DNA of 64,000 nucleotides from Marsupella aquatica. Lineage: Eukaryota > Plantae > Marchantiophyta. Positions 10,549 through 23,700 of this stretch are shown piece by piece. Numbering within the stretch: the first letter of the stretch is position 1; every line of letters begins with the position of its first letter. The stretch is taken from positions 20,342,451 to 20,406,450 of the forward strand of contig OZ316894.1 in NCBI GenBank assembly GCA_973895155.1, given 5' to 3'. The notes under the pieces were generated by a model, which had not been told where the DNA came from, made no database searches, and was given only the letters and a program-made list of their open reading frames with translations. The translations under genes and the position numbers were made by a program.

Positions 10549-12291
10549 ATGGAGCAAGGGGCGGATCCAGCCGGAATGTCCACTTCTCGCGTCTCTAAGG
10601 GGCATTCAACCTCAACATCACCTGCACCTACTCCAGTTAAAGCCCCTGTGAGACGATCAAAGAGAAAGGAGGTCCCCATTGCCATGAAAATTCTGAGACC
10701 AGCTATTCCGGACAGTGAAGCTGAGAAGGTCAAATTGAGGGAGTCTTTGCTCAGGATGGGCTGTGAGTCTCTGATGGAGCTACCCTGGAGTTATCAGAGC
10801 GAAGATATGATCAGAGAGATCCGATCCAAGGAGTGTCCGGCTGAGTTTAAGGATACCTCCAGAGGCCGACCTGAGCGATGGACTCAGATGATGATTGCAG
10901 GAGCTTTTGTATTGGAAGATGAAGGAGAAGGTCCAGTGGGGAGAGCTGTCAACCTAATCCTTCCTTACTTCAAAGGAGCCATCAACAATAAGGACGGGTT
11001 CAATGTTTCTAAGTGTTTGGATCCTGATCTGAGACAAGTCTTCAGCTTTCTGCTACCCTTGCTGTACCCTAAGAAGCCAAGAAGAGTTACTGTTGGAGTT
11101 GGCTCTACCATTGTTGCTGCTTACAAGGGAGAAAGAAAAGTCAACTGGGCTAAGCTTATCTTTGATTTAATAAGGAAGTTGGTACAGAACCTGTCCAACA
11201 AGAGTCCTACTCCCCTCTCCTGCTACCTAGCACATCTATATAGTTTTGAAGGAGTCTTGTTCAGAGAGGAGAAGAAATTACTATTGGCCAAGTTCAACTT
11301 CATAAAGTATGGAGAGACAGATCCAGATATCACTCAGGCCACCTCTGATGACAGTGAGGATGAGGAACCAGTAGAGACAAATCCTCGAAAGACCCGGTCT
11401 GTTGCTCGGAACCTCGACCCAGACTTTGCCGACCCGGCCTTCGTCGACCCGGCTGAATTTCTGGATGCACCCGGCCATGCCTCCCTAGACACCCTAGCTG
11501 ATATCCATATCATCTCCGACACATTCCAGAAGGTGAAGAGGAAGACCACTGTGATGGAGAAGGCCATCACTGACATTTCTCAGAAGTTAGGAGTAAAACC
11601 AGGGCAGATTCTTGAGAAGATCTCCACCATGAGTGATGCCACAGATAAGAGGAAGTTGGAGAAGGAGAATGAGTTCCTTAAGAAGAAGGTATCTGAACTC
11701 AAACAGCAGTTGGAAAGGAGTAAGAAGAAGAATGAGCTTGAGCATACTCTCCAACTCAGTATCACTCAATCTTTGGATCTGATTGAGCCTTTGACTAAGA
11801 TTGCTTCTCTGGATCTTCTTAAGACCCAAATTTATGATGAGTATTTGGCCAAGAACACCACACCCATCCTTTTCTCCAAGATTAACCATTTAGTGGTAGA
11901 TGTGAGTACCAAGGTGGATGATGCACTTACGGGTCTCTCAAAGACCTGTGAAGCCTTAAGGGAGATGAGTGACTTGACTATAGAGGAGCTATTAGCTGAT
12001 ACTGAGATTCCTGTCTTTACTACCAGATCTTTCTCTCCTAGTCCTCATGAAGGAGTCTATTCCACTGGCCCCTCATCACCCCTCAACCCTCCTGGTTTCC
12101 CCACTCTCAGTACACACTTCCACTCCCATTCTTACACTTATTCTCATGACCCAAGTGCCCATCAGGAGAACATGAATATTGACCCGTCCATCCCTTTTAC
12201 CACTGGCCAGCAGGGAGTTTTCCTTCGACCAGAACCCCTTGCCATGGCTAACCCTGAGGAGGTTCCTTCCCAAAAGCTAGGACCAGAATAG
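10549..12291 (+). CDS. Intact intronless transposon accessory protein (putative plant-transposon-protein-like domain, coiled coil, Pro/Ser tail)
   Basis: 580-aa uninterrupted ORF from ATG 10549. It contains FLLPLLYPKKPRRVTVGVG...GERKVNWA...PLSCYLAHLY, then an acidic linker and a coiled coil (KRKLEKENEFLKKKVSELKQQLE). This layout is typical of extra ORFs in plant Gypsy elements. Confidence 0.65.
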   Translation: MEQGADPAGMSTSRVSKGHSTSTSPAPTPVKAPVRRSKRKEVPIAMKILRPAIPDSEAEKVKLRESLLRMGCESLMELPWSYQSEDMIREIRSKECPAEFKDTSRGRPERWTQMMIAGAFVLEDEGEGPVGRAVNLILPYFKGAINNKDGFNVSKCLDPDLRQVFSFLLPLLYPKKPRRVTVGVGSTIVAAYKGERKVNWAKLIFDLIRKLVQNLSNKSPTPLSCYLAHLYSFEGVLFREEKKLLLAKFNFIKYGETDPDITQATSDDSEDEEPVETNPRKTRSVARNLDPDFADPAFVDPAEFLDAPGHASLDTLADIHIISDTFQKVKRKTTVMEKAITDISQKLGVKPGQILEKISTMSDATDKRKLEKENEFLKKKVSELKQQLERSKKKNELEHTLQLSITQSLDLIEPLTKIASLDLLKTQIYDEYLAKNTTPILFSKINHLVVDVSTKVDDALTGLSKTCEALREMSDLTIEELLADTEIPVFTTRSFSPSPHEGVYSTGPSSPLNPPGFPTLSTHFHSHSYTYSHDPSAHQENMNIDPSIPFTTGQQGVFLRPEPLAMANPEEVPSQKLGPE

Positions 12292-13469
12292 AGTTATATT
12301 TAGAGAGTTAGAGCCACATTAGTTTAGACTTAGAAATAGCTATATAGATTAGTATATGAGTAAGTAGACTCCAGTATTTTGTTGGTGTATCCATTGGAGA
12401 CTCTACTCCATTTTTGACTAGAATAGTTCACTTTTATTTACATATTTCTTTAGACTTGGGTTTTGAAGAGGCATGTCTTTTCATAATCTCCACTTTTAGT
12501 ACAAAAGGAGGAGAACCCAAAGTCAACCCCGGGAGAGAGAGATGCATTTGATTTTCCCATTTTGATTTTGGAGAAATCTATGTCTTTTCTTCCCTTCTTT
12601 TTACCATGGTTAAGTAAAGAGAAGTTTCAAGATTAGCAACCCTTTGAGTAAGTTGTTGTGCAATATTCAATGAATACTAGCGTGTGCCTATGATGATATT
12701 GGAAGATCAGCAAGGTCTGTGACCAATTCATATAGAAGATTCACCAAAGAGAAATTGGAATTTACGTGAAACTCAAATAAGCAATCTTAAGGATAGTAGG
12801 AGAAGTAAACCAATTCGAGTATCCTAGTACCGTCTTAAGCAAGACCAGAAAAGTGTCACGGGTTGATTTACATTGTTGTCTTCTAAATTCAAGAGATGGA
12901 GAAGAGTTGCTATGAGAAATCAAAAAGCATATACAATGTTGATTTCCGAATCTTAAATTAGGCCATAATCCTTATTGAAGGAGTGGTGATGGTCGGAATT
13001 CAATTTCCTTGCGCTTTGAAACCTCCTACTTACTCTATCTAGTTTCAATCTTTGTTAATTCTAGTTTTTATTATTGCACTGTGAATCCTAAGGATTACCC
13101 ACTTGAGTTTGTGGTTAAACACTTATGTTAAGGAGATCATTAGAAATCTCTCCAACCTAAGAATGTTGGTGTAAACTTCTCAAATTGTGTTAATTCAGTC
13201 TTTTCAATCTTATCCACTCCTAACGGGAACAAAATCGAGTTATTAAGGAGTAAATAGTCATTTATCTCTTTATCACCTTGTTACAAACTCCATAGCTTTT
13301 CTGATTTAAAGAAATCAGAGAGCTTCTATGATTCAATACTCCTCAACGCCTTATCAATGGCAGTTCAAAATTGGGGTGAACGATCTCTAGGCAGATGCAT
13401 TGCTATAGCAAGTGGAATGAGAACAAACGATGGTCTAACGAGTGAGTATCAAAGGTCAAAGCTCGCACC

Positions 13470-14465
13470 CTACTGTCGGCCGCCATGGACGTCCTCGAAG
13501 AAAAATGAAGAAAAAGTGATCGGGCCGGCGCGGACGTCTCATTAGGTCATGGCAGGGTGGACGTCCCGGACATCCCTACTTGGAGGCCGTCCAAGACGTC
13601 ATCGGGTTTTCTATTCTGGCTGTCGTGGGAGGCTTGGGGCCGTCCTAGGGTGAAAAGGTGGACGTCCCGGACGGCTTTACACTGGGGTTGTCCAAGACGG
13701 CTGCCGTCCCGGACGTCCCTTACTCTAGGCCGTCCAAGCCGGCGCTTCATTTTTGAAACTTTTTCAACTTCTTGCCGTCTTGACGCCTAATATGTTTAAA
13801 CCAGGGTGGCCTTGACGCCTCCCAATGGTAGGCTTACCCATTCAAGCTTAACTAACTTAATTTTGCTTAAAGGGGCCTTATAAAGACTTAAAAAATTTAA
13901 TTTTTTATAGTTTTTGATACTTTAACTCTCCTTTTGGAATAATCACCTAATTACAGAGTGCCTAGTTTATGGTGCATTTTACCTTTGTACATTTGCGTTC
14001 TGCCTTTTTCTGTTGTTCATGGGCTTTGCACATTCGGTTGAGCCAACATGCATAGGAAGATTTTCAGAACCCCTAACTTGGGAAATTCTGATCTGCAGAC
14101 CTTGCTGAAGCCCTCACGTCGATGCTATCATCCCATGGAACCGTTTGTCAGATTTCAAAATGGTGAGGGTAGAAAGGATCCCAAACTTGAAACCTCTTTC
14201 CATATTAGATCCGGCCTTACAACAGTCACCTTTGGAATACAAATGTTTTTGGTCCTTTTATGGGCGCCAAGAAGAAGACATGTAGACTCTAATTGTTCCT
14301 CCATTGCTAGGAACAAAACCAAAATTAGGTGTTGGCAACATACCCAAACTACGGAAAATATCATTCAACAATCATGCAAAGTGTGGTTGTCAATGTCACT
14401 TCACTGTGCACAAGATGAGAGCCAATCCTGATGCGTGCAAAATCGCCTACAAAAATAGGTAAGGA
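13470..14465 (+). mobile_element. Mutator-like (MULE/SWIM-type) element remnant: GC-rich terminal motif array plus a frameshifted transposase N-terminus
   Basis: Clustered GGACGTCC/GGCCGTCC/GGACGGC motifs in both orientations at 13487-13790. Across frameshifts, 14110-14458 reads HVDAIIPWNRLSDF/QNGE...SFHI.../EYKCFWSFYG...KCGCQCHFTVHKMRANPDACKIAYKN followed by a GTAAGG donor. This resembles, from memory, the N-terminus of plant MULE-related SWIM proteins (YWCSFG...RGCTCHFIVKRL). Confidence 0.55.
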
Positions 14466-14917
14466 CTCAGTGGGGGGGCTCAGTGAGGACTTTGCTGTAA
14501 TTGAAACCAGAAATTGTTATGTTGCGGTATGCTAGTCTTCGTGTGCTCTACTGAATTGGTATGTGCTGGTTTGTGTTTTGCCTGATTATGCATGTGAACT
14601 TAATTGGTTTGTAACGGTTGATGTACTACCTTATTATGCTAGCCTTTGCATGTTATACTCTGACACTTTCATTGAATTGCTATGTAGTGATTTGTGTTCT
14701 GCCCTCTTATGCAAGCCCGGTTGTGACACTGGCATTGAATTAATGTTGAGGGGATATGTTCTGCCTATCTTTGTATTACATAAATAATTGCAACTAGAGA
14801 GCGTAAATGGGATCCACAATTGGGCCCACCGCTTGGGGACCAAAATGCAATATTGTTGTGTGGTTGACCAGTGACTTTTGTCATGCACATACACATCATT
14901 ACACAACATGCATCACT

Positions 14918-15420
14918 TGTCACACGTATCCAAGCCCGTATCCAAGCATAGTCACAATCCAATATCACAAATACAAGAGACTCGAATACAAATGAAACTC
15001 ATATCCACACATGCCCAAAACCCACATGAATTGGGGGAAGGGAGGAGAGGTGAAAGTTGCATGCAAAAGCAAAATGCAATTCATCCTGAAAATGTGGGGT
15101 CGAGAAAGAGTGCAATTAGAAAACAAACCCATAGAGTGCATCACTGTTGCGCCCATAGCCCGGGCCTTAAATCCGAGTTATTTCCCTGGGGCGACCTCGA
15201 CCACCAGTAGGGGTGAGGGTTCGGGCAAGGAGGTGTCTAGCGGGCCTGATTAGACCTAAGTCGGGCTAAGTCGATATACTTACCAGTATAATACTTACGC
15301 AACTCGTACTGGTCATAGGTATATTTGTTTTCCACCGCTGGAATATTCCCACAGTTAGTGACTTGGACTAACTCCCGGCTTGGGGCTTTCAAGCCATCGA
15401 TGCGACAGAACCTTGTGACA
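14918..15420. repeat. Candidate LTR (~503 bp)
   Basis: Bounded by inverted termini TGTCACA (14918) and TGTGACA (15420), and adjacent to retro-like ORFs. No matching TSD was found. Confidence 0.4.
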
Positions 15421-18400
15421 TGCAATGGGTGGCAATCCTACCATTAGTCCGCACCCGGTACGTCCCTTGAAATGGCGCTTTTTCTTGGACAAAGCATACA
15501 CACAACACCAGTTACTCGCGGGTAGAATCAGAGGGAAAAGACTACATTTACTCAGCGAAGAATCAGTTTACATAGTTGACTCGACTTCTAAGGGGGTCAG
15601 CAGGCCTAAGGCAGTCGATGCCCAGTCTCTACGAGGCCCCACCCCGCACTTGCCCAGCAAGCTCGACTCTGGCTCTCACTCCTTAGTGCACTCTGACCCT
15701 ACTCAGGCCGGGACTCCTCGTACCTCACCTTTTCTTGCATTGAGATAACTAAGCCTTCTCCCCCTCCCACAACGGAAGGGGAAGCCTAAATACTACATTT
15801 GCGAAAAGGAACCGGAAGAAACTACCTCTCGGGGTAATGCCTACTGACTGACTACCTTCTGACTAACCGGCCGCACTACCTCTGACCGTCAGTGGCGGGG
15901 GCGCTGACCAGGGTGGCAATAGCCAAGTCTATTGACCAAAATCCTAGTCCATTGATGGACTCTATCCTATGTCGGCCGATCCTAACTGATTCTGTCCTAA
16001 TTCTTCCTATTGCGCCGCTAATCGGCGCCTAATGACAGCCATTCTATCGTTAAGCCTAATAAAAAAGATGTTGCTGACTCAACTGCCCTACGCGGCGCCT
16101 GCTCAAACCCTTTGCTAACCACCCCTTACGTGCATGTTGTGGTCGGGCCAGGGTTTGTCCCCTTGTCGGGGCGAGATCTCAAGCCGCCTTGATCAGAGGT
16201 GGGCCCAGGTCTTGCCCACTGGAGGACTAGCAGGGTAATGCGATCCTACAAGGCCTTGTTGTTCTGTACCGCCTCTTCTACCTCGTTTGCAGCTTCATCA
16301 GCCTCAATCTGGAGCCGTGCTACCTCTAGGCTGAGCTGGCCAATGGAGTCACGATGAGTCTGGTCCTGCGCCAGCAATTTATCTTGCTCGGCGGAGAGAC
16401 TAGCCACCTGCTGAGCTGATTGCAGGAGTTGGTTGTTGAGGTCAGTCAAATTGATAACCCAAGCCGAGGATTCTGAGTGCAACTGAAGCACGGTGTCGTC
16501 CAACTTCTTGAGATCTGCTCGCGTTGTGCTCAACTCTTGGCTTAGTCCGTCCCGTTGTTCAACGGTGTGGACTAACTCCTCACGACGGGTAGTGGCCTCC
16601 TCTTCAAGGTGTTCCACTAGCATTTGGAGGTGCCCAATCTCGTTCCCCTTTGCCATGAGTTCTTCTTCCAAGCGGCCTACGATCCGCGGTTGGTGCTCTA
16701 ACATGAAAAAGGCTGGTTAAAAGTACGCCGAGACTTGTTGTCCGATGTACGTTGCCAGCTCCCCTGACAAAGTCTGACTAAACTTCTGGACCAGGTCGTA
16801 GGCCATGGTCCCTGGGGCTACTTAGTAGTCCTCCATCCTCTCAGGCGCCGGTGGTTCCTCGGGAGGGGCGGCGAGCTCCTCCGTAGTCTACAATGGGGAG
16901 GGGAAGGTTTCTTCAGGTGGTGGAGGGATTGGGGGTGGTTGTACCGGGGGTAGCGGAGGCTCGACGGAAGGAGGTGGCAGAGTATTAACAGGAGGAGGTG
17001 GCGGAGTATTAGTCGGGGCCATGGGCTTGGGGTTTTCCTGAGGCGCGATAGTCCACTCGCTCATGGTCGCCTCCTCCGAAACGGGGGTGACATTAGTCGG
17101 GGCTGAGGTGGCCATGTTCTTTCCCCTGGCCTCCCGCTGCGCTTTGTACCAGGCGAGGATGATGGCAATATGACTTCCCAGGCAGGTCCTTCCTCTGATA
17201 GCCATACCTCCTTGAGCCCGCTTAAGCTCCCCCGAGAACCTACGGTAAAAGAATTGGGCCCAGTTCCGCCGTTTGTACTGTTTTACCTGTACGATCGTAC
17301 AGAGGGAGATCTCGGATTGTGGCTCAATCATGTGTAGGGTAGTCCGTATGAAGTTAAGCCGCACCATACAGATTAAGTTGGTGTATGACCCCTGCTTGTA
17401 CCCGTTGTCTATCTTACCCTCGGGTTTGAAGTGCCGAGGTGTATACTCCTTATCCCGAATTCAAAGTTCAACCAACACCGGCCCGGTCGGCAGACAAAAG
17501 ATCTATGCCAACCGATGCTCCGTAAGTGATAAGGTCTGTCCCAAAACCTTGGTGGTCAATGCGTCAGTGTCAAAGTTGGAGATGAACTCATAAACCTCCT
17601 TTGGCCCGGTTGCACAAGGTCTCCATAGCAAGTGAGCGAACTGCTCCAACTGATGCTCCTTGAGATAGTCCGCGTGGTCGGGTTTCTTGATCGCCGTCTA
17701 GACTACCTCGGGGACGCGGATTACCTGTAATAAGTTGTGCTATTGATTATCCAAGGGCCGTCGGGTCTAGTTGGTTGGGGGGTTGGTCGGGGCAGGTGTA
17801 GGGGCGGCATTGGTTCGCATTGTCGGTTTGGGGGTTGGCGTCATCCTCACCCGCTTCCGAGAATGCTGCTCAAGCTACAGACTAACACGCTCGGAACCCA
17901 AGGAACACTCGGTGTTATTCACGGGATGAACTTGGGACCGGTTTGGCGGTACGTCGGTGATCATCGGCTGAGGGGCTGGGGGTGGTGTCGGGGTAGCCAT
18001 ATCCCAGTTGAAGGCGTTGGAGCTTTCCCCGAGGAACGTGAGATTACGCGCCGCTTCCCGTTGTCTGCTGATGTCTTCTTCACGCTTCTCGGTTGCAATC
18101 TGTTGGTCAATGTATCCCGGGATCTTGTCAAACTTCGTTGGAGTCAGTCTCTGGCTGCCCCTCGGCCTAAAGAACTTCGCGGGGACTTCAAGAATCACCT
18201 CTGCTACCGATCAAAACCCCTCCTCGCTGATATATAGCTCGGTGATGTAATCCCGCAGCTCGTTGTAGCTGGAATCCCTGGTGATGGCCGTCTTCTCACA
18301 GTTAACCTGTGCTACCTTGGCCACCAACTTCGCGTATCTTTGTTTGTAAGTGGCTTTCTCGGGGCAAGAGTACCAGTAAGTCTCGGAGAACTTAGCACCT

Positions 18401-18998
18401 ACCTCGCCAAACAAGGTCCAAAATCCCAAGGCTGTAAAGGTCATACTAACCTTTGAAGTCTGGTTCGTCGAGTCCGCGTTCGCGCCCGGCAGTTTTGCTT
18501 GCTGGTGGCAGCCTTAGTTGCCCTGACTACATCCCGCCACAATCCGCTCTTGCCCTTTGATAATTTCCTCGTAAAAGTTAGCTCGATTCGAGCGAAAGGC
18601 GAGAGGGAATGGTAGCGTCCGCAAATTCTGAAAGGTATGAATGAGAAAATGGGCCACGGCGCCATCGACTCAACTCTTATGGAGGTGCCAGGGTGAGTTT
18701 GAGCGTGAGAGGTCAAGGCCATTTTGGTCATTGATAATGAGCTGAAGTTGGGCATCTCGGTCCAAGCGTGATCTCCTAACGGATTTTTACTCCACTGCCG
18801 CCACCGTACCTCGGTCGATCGTAATAATCCTCCTTCCCTTAATTCGTAATCATTCAGTCAACTAACCTACTCCTAATCTATTCATAATGGCAAAGACGGC
18901 TATTCGTGCTATTCTACGCTATGGCTACGGTCCTAATGACCGTATAAGTCCTAATCTAGGACCTGCGTTCGGTTAAGTGACATGTTATCCGTGTCACA
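14918..18998 (-). mobile_element. Degenerate LTR-retrotransposon (Gypsy-type accessory ORF region)
   Basis: GC-rich block with broken minus-strand ORFs 18211-18444, 17875-18198, 16888-17700 (RRNWAQFF...TCLGSHIAIIL plus a Pro-rich stretch) and 16246-16704 (coiled coil). The right end GTGTCACA at 18991-18998 is LTR-terminus-like. Confidence 0.55.
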
Positions 18999-20705
18999 AT
19001 CACGTAAATTATTATCACGTATTGATTACTATAGAGTATTTTATAGAGTATACCTATACATGCCTCCGGGAATAGGTTTGTGGGTTGGGTTCTTCTAAGT
19101 CAATTATAAAAATTAATTTGGAATGAATAAAAAGCGCCCTTTGATGTTGAGCAATGGACCACTCATAGACAACATGCACATTTGAAACATACAATGAGCA
19201 AGTAGTTGACACAGGAGATAAGTAATTCATTTCTCCAGATGCTACATTCACAAGAACACACAAAAGAGATTTATTGTATCTATGCAAAGTCTCATCAACA
19301 CAAGCTCATTAACAATTGAGTTTGTGCTTACACTTATGGGCAGTATGGGCATTAATACACTTAAAAGGCCGAAGAAAATCTCATTTTTTACTATTTGGTG
19401 ACAAGGCATTGTGAGGCATATTGCCCCTACAAATGAGGGTTCTAGCTCAAGTTTTGAGGGGCATTACTGCCCATACTGCACATATAACATGGCATTAATA
19501 CACTTAAATGCCTAAGAAATTCCTATATGTGCTACTTGTGGTAAAAGTATAGGAGAAGTTTCTTAGTTCCCTGATCCAAATCTGGACTGCATTCTTCTCC
19601 ATGAAAGCACTAAAAATTATAGTAAATGTTCAAGGGCATTACTGTTTATGTTGTTAGACCAACCGCATTGCTTTGGTGTTTCCTTACCTGTGGCTTAACT
19701 GCTTGTTAAATCTACAGCTATAGGAATGCCAAAACTCAAACCAAGTCACACATCTATTCAAGTCAACTGGTTTGTGTATTGTAAATACCTTGGCTTGATC
19801 GGGCATCACGACCCAGTGACTGCACATAAAAAGCAACAGCCACATATGTAGAAAGAACCAGATATGTGGAACATCTTAGTTTTAAGTACATTGTCACTTA
19901 AGATGTTTGAATTTACAGCTGCCACTGGTTTTAATGTATATACAAATATGCCACAGTTTTTGTATATAGTTCCCCCTGTTACATTGGTGAATCATCAATA
20001 TACAAAACCGTGACATATTTGTAAACACAGAAAAAAAACTATTTAAATATTTTCAATTAGAATCTCTTTAGTGGCAAAGTACTTCAAACTTGATATGGAG
20101 AAAGAAGAACCCTCAACATATAACAAAACAATCAAATTTGTTGTTTTATGGGAAAATCTGTCCACTTACCCTTTCCACTTGACATAATTATGGTGCTTCG
20201 ATGATATACAAAAACAATTCGTTCTCTTTGTGGTATGGAAAATCAGTCCACTCTGTGTACCCTTGCCCCTTGGCATGTGGTGCTTCTTGGTTCGATTGAT
20301 GTGCATTTACTGTGTTCCTACTCTACGAAAGTCATCATTAGGTGTAACCGAATCAGGACTTACGCAGTACAAGTAGTAGAGGGATGAGTAGTGGAATGGG
20401 ACGTACCAAATGAGTCTCTGTTGCCCGGTACGCTACATCAATCTGGAATTGATGGGCTTCGCCATCTGCACTGAGAGCCTTCCCACCGGAAGTGATGTGT
20501 CCAGAAGTGATGGTGGGCAAGGGGAGCAGAGAGAGCTCTGTTTACTTTTCTCGTCAGCATTGTGATTGTGCGCCATTAGGCATTGTTTTTGTTCAGCAGT
20601 AGTGTGGATGATGGAGGAAATGGTGGTGGTGGTGAGCACTCTATCGTGAGCGGTTCGGCTCTGCTGCTGCACAGACATAACTTCTTGTCCGTTTCAGTCA
20701 CTCAG

Positions 20706-23700
20706 ATGGCAAGCTGTGCCGGTGTGCTGCTCTCTACTGCCCCATACTCCCAATCCCTCGGCTCATTGTTGCCAGAGCAGATACGAACAAGAAATTTCAT
20801 ATTTTCAAGTGAATGTTGCCTTGGCCTTGACCTTGGGCAGAGACGGGTTCGTCCGTTTCTACTGAAGCCTGCCCTTCATCATTCTTGGCTGAGATGCCTG
20901 CCGAATCGGTGAGATTCTTCCCCATTGCCTAAATCCCTTACGACATTGGATTGTGCTCTAGGAAAATCAGAAATTCGGACAACGTGAGAAGAAAATTTGG
21001 AAATTCACATCGTAAAGGTCTGGATGGTAGAATTTCTTTTCCATGATTTTGATATGGGAAATGGGTCGGTGAAGAAATTTTCATCTGAATGAGAACTATT
21101 TTATTGGAGATTTGTCTTGAAGACTTCAAGTTACCGTAGCCTGCGAATGTTGGTAATGGAGGGAATTTTGTACCGATCGTTTCTTTTGATATTGACTCTG
21201 TATTTCAAATTTTTGGGCTCGAGAAACTGCTAGAAAAGAGCATAGTAAGATTTTGTCTGACGGATTGTATCGGCCGTTGTCATGTATTGTCAGGCCTTCT
21301 AGCCAACAAAAGTTGTCATGGGCATGCTCAGGTCGTAAACCTCGGACATCCATAACAGTAAGATCAGAAATTTCTTCACATTTTTGCTCGTCTGTGACGA
21401 ATTTCATTCATTTTCCGAAAACGAGCCATGGATGATCATTTGATAGAGATTGTCGGAGCATGAAATGTCATTATTCTTATTGTAATTGTTCACGCCTATG
21501 AACAATGGTCAACACCCCATCGCGTTACGTCTCTGGATTTCAGTCCGGTAGATCAATCCTTAGTGTTCTTCAGACGAGTTCCCGTTGTACAGCCTTGCAC
21601 TGATAATCCCTTAATTTCTATGAAGCAGTTCTACGGTGGAAATCTTCACAGCACAGAATTGTCTCGGGCATGACATGATCACTCCCTTTAAATTAAACTT
21701 ATACATTTTTTGGAAATCCATTCTTGGTGAGCAGGATAGTGGGTGGCAAGCAGAGAGGATCCCAGACAATTCGAGAATGGGTGAGCTCGTCGTAAGTGCC
21801 CAAACAAACCCCTGTCGGATCCTCTCAAGTGCCCTTTTGGGGTGTGTCAGCATAACTTTACACGTAGACTTCTGTGGTTGAATGTGGTCAACAGTAGGGT
21901 TTTTTGCCCTGTGCTATTCAGGTTATACATTGTCAGCGTTGTAAAGTTTGATCTGAGTTAGTGATCTGTTGGCAGGCTCTGTCCAGCAGCGTTGCTGCTT
22001 CTAGAACGTCTTTCAATGTCTTATCTGGAGAGCCATCTCCGCTGGGAGTATCGAAGCTTTCAAATTCTGTCAATTTTGCCCTATTCTCGGAGCATGCAAC
22101 TGCTGTAACACTTTGCTTGTAAGCGGCCCGCCATTGCTAGAACTCCTTCTCCAATGCTGTTGTATGTGGTCTTTTCAGGTTGGGAGACTGAATTTTTGGT
22201 CACCAATATTTCAATCTACTAACTTTTCTAATAGATTCAGAGACATTTTGAGTTGTCTGTGCTGTGGAAACATCTAGGGGAGTAGAACACCATGTATGGG
22301 ATTGTCATTGCACCCTCTGAAATAAAAGCAAGCTTTGCTCTTGCGGGTGGCTGAACAGATATTTCGATCTTTCAGAAAATGGGCCGACGGCTGAGATCGA
22401 TCTGGATCCACAAAAGAATAGAACCGGCAGTGTGTGGCACATTGGTGTTGAGGTTCGTCTTTCCCCTATGCTAAAGGTTCTGCGCCCCCCCCCCCCCTCC
22501 CTATTGCAGATGTTAGGGATCCAATTTATGTGACGGAATTTGGAGACATCTATTTGCTTTGATGCCAATGTCTTCCAATTGTAGCAAAGTTGGAAGTTTT
22601 TATCGGTGGGAGCTCTCAGGTGGTAAATGTGAACTGCTCCTATCAGGATATTCCATTGGAAGGTGTTTGCTATGGCTACCGTGTTGATGGACCTCAAGGC
22701 TGGGAAAATGGGCATCGATTTGACAATAGCAAAGTGCTCCTCGACCCTTATGCAAAATTTGTGGAAGGCCGACGAATCTTTGGAAATGCCAGCCAAAAGG
22801 ATACCGCTTTTCTTGGAACATATGATTTCACATCAACCCAATTTGATTGGGGTGATGGGTACAAATTGCCTGCCATTCCAGAGGTAAATTTGTAGGATAG
22901 TGTAATCTCATCGTTATGGGATAGGTATTTTTGTACTTGGATAATACGACGTCTGAATTATAGAGTACGTTTTCTGAATATTCTATGCAAGTTTTACTTA
23001 TCCAAATATATTGCATCTGTAACAGAAAGATCTGGTAATATATGAAATGAATGTCCGAGCTTTCACTGCTGACGAGTCCTCAGGAGTAAATTCTGGAATT
23101 CGCGGGAGCTACCTTGGGGTCATAGAGCAGGTATCAGCTTCTTGTCTTGGTTCCGATCTCGAAAACGGCTACAGACATTGATGCTGAATTTCTGTTTGCG
23201 TTATTGAGGAGGGTACTAGTTGTCTTATCGAGTGTCTTCTACTGCATTGTCCTTCTCATGATAAGGTTTTCGCTGAAATGCTGCAAACTTGATCTGTTAT
23301 TATCGATTCTGTGATGCTGGGTTTTGAACTTGCTCAAAACGTTTTTGTCATATTTTCGCTTGTTTCAGATCCCACATCTGGTTGAACTTGGTGTAAATGC
23401 AGTCGAGCTATTGCCCATCCATGAATTCGATGAATTGGAATTTCAGCGATTAAAAAATCCGCGAGACCATATGGTTAGTATTTGCTGAGTGAGCACAAGC
23501 ATTTTCTCATTGTTGTAGTTCAGGAGACATGGAAAATGTGATCTCCTTTTCAGTCGAGAAAATTAAGAACTTGATGTTAACAACTGCTGTTGACACTGTT
23601 TGATAGTAACAGAGCTGTTACTTTGGAAATTTAGGACATTTCTCAAGAGATCTGTCCTAACTCTTATTTATTAGCTCATAGCTGCACTGGCACAATCTAT

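Larger units (their letters stand above)
7392..13356. mobile_element. Block of LTR-retrotransposon-derived sequence (non-autonomous or degenerate; probably more than one element)
   Basis: Starts TGTTGGGG at 7392. Contains two divergently oriented accessory-type ORFs, purine tracts near 12500-12545 and an LTR-like AT-rich segment ending TTATCA at 13356. No RT or integrase was seen, and the boundaries are approximate with no TSD confirmed. Confidence 0.55.

Noticed and set aside
21922-21940. Possible 19-nt ISA3 micro-exon
   Set aside because: It would leave a 35-nt intron, and exon 21735-21780 restores the phase with better splice sites.
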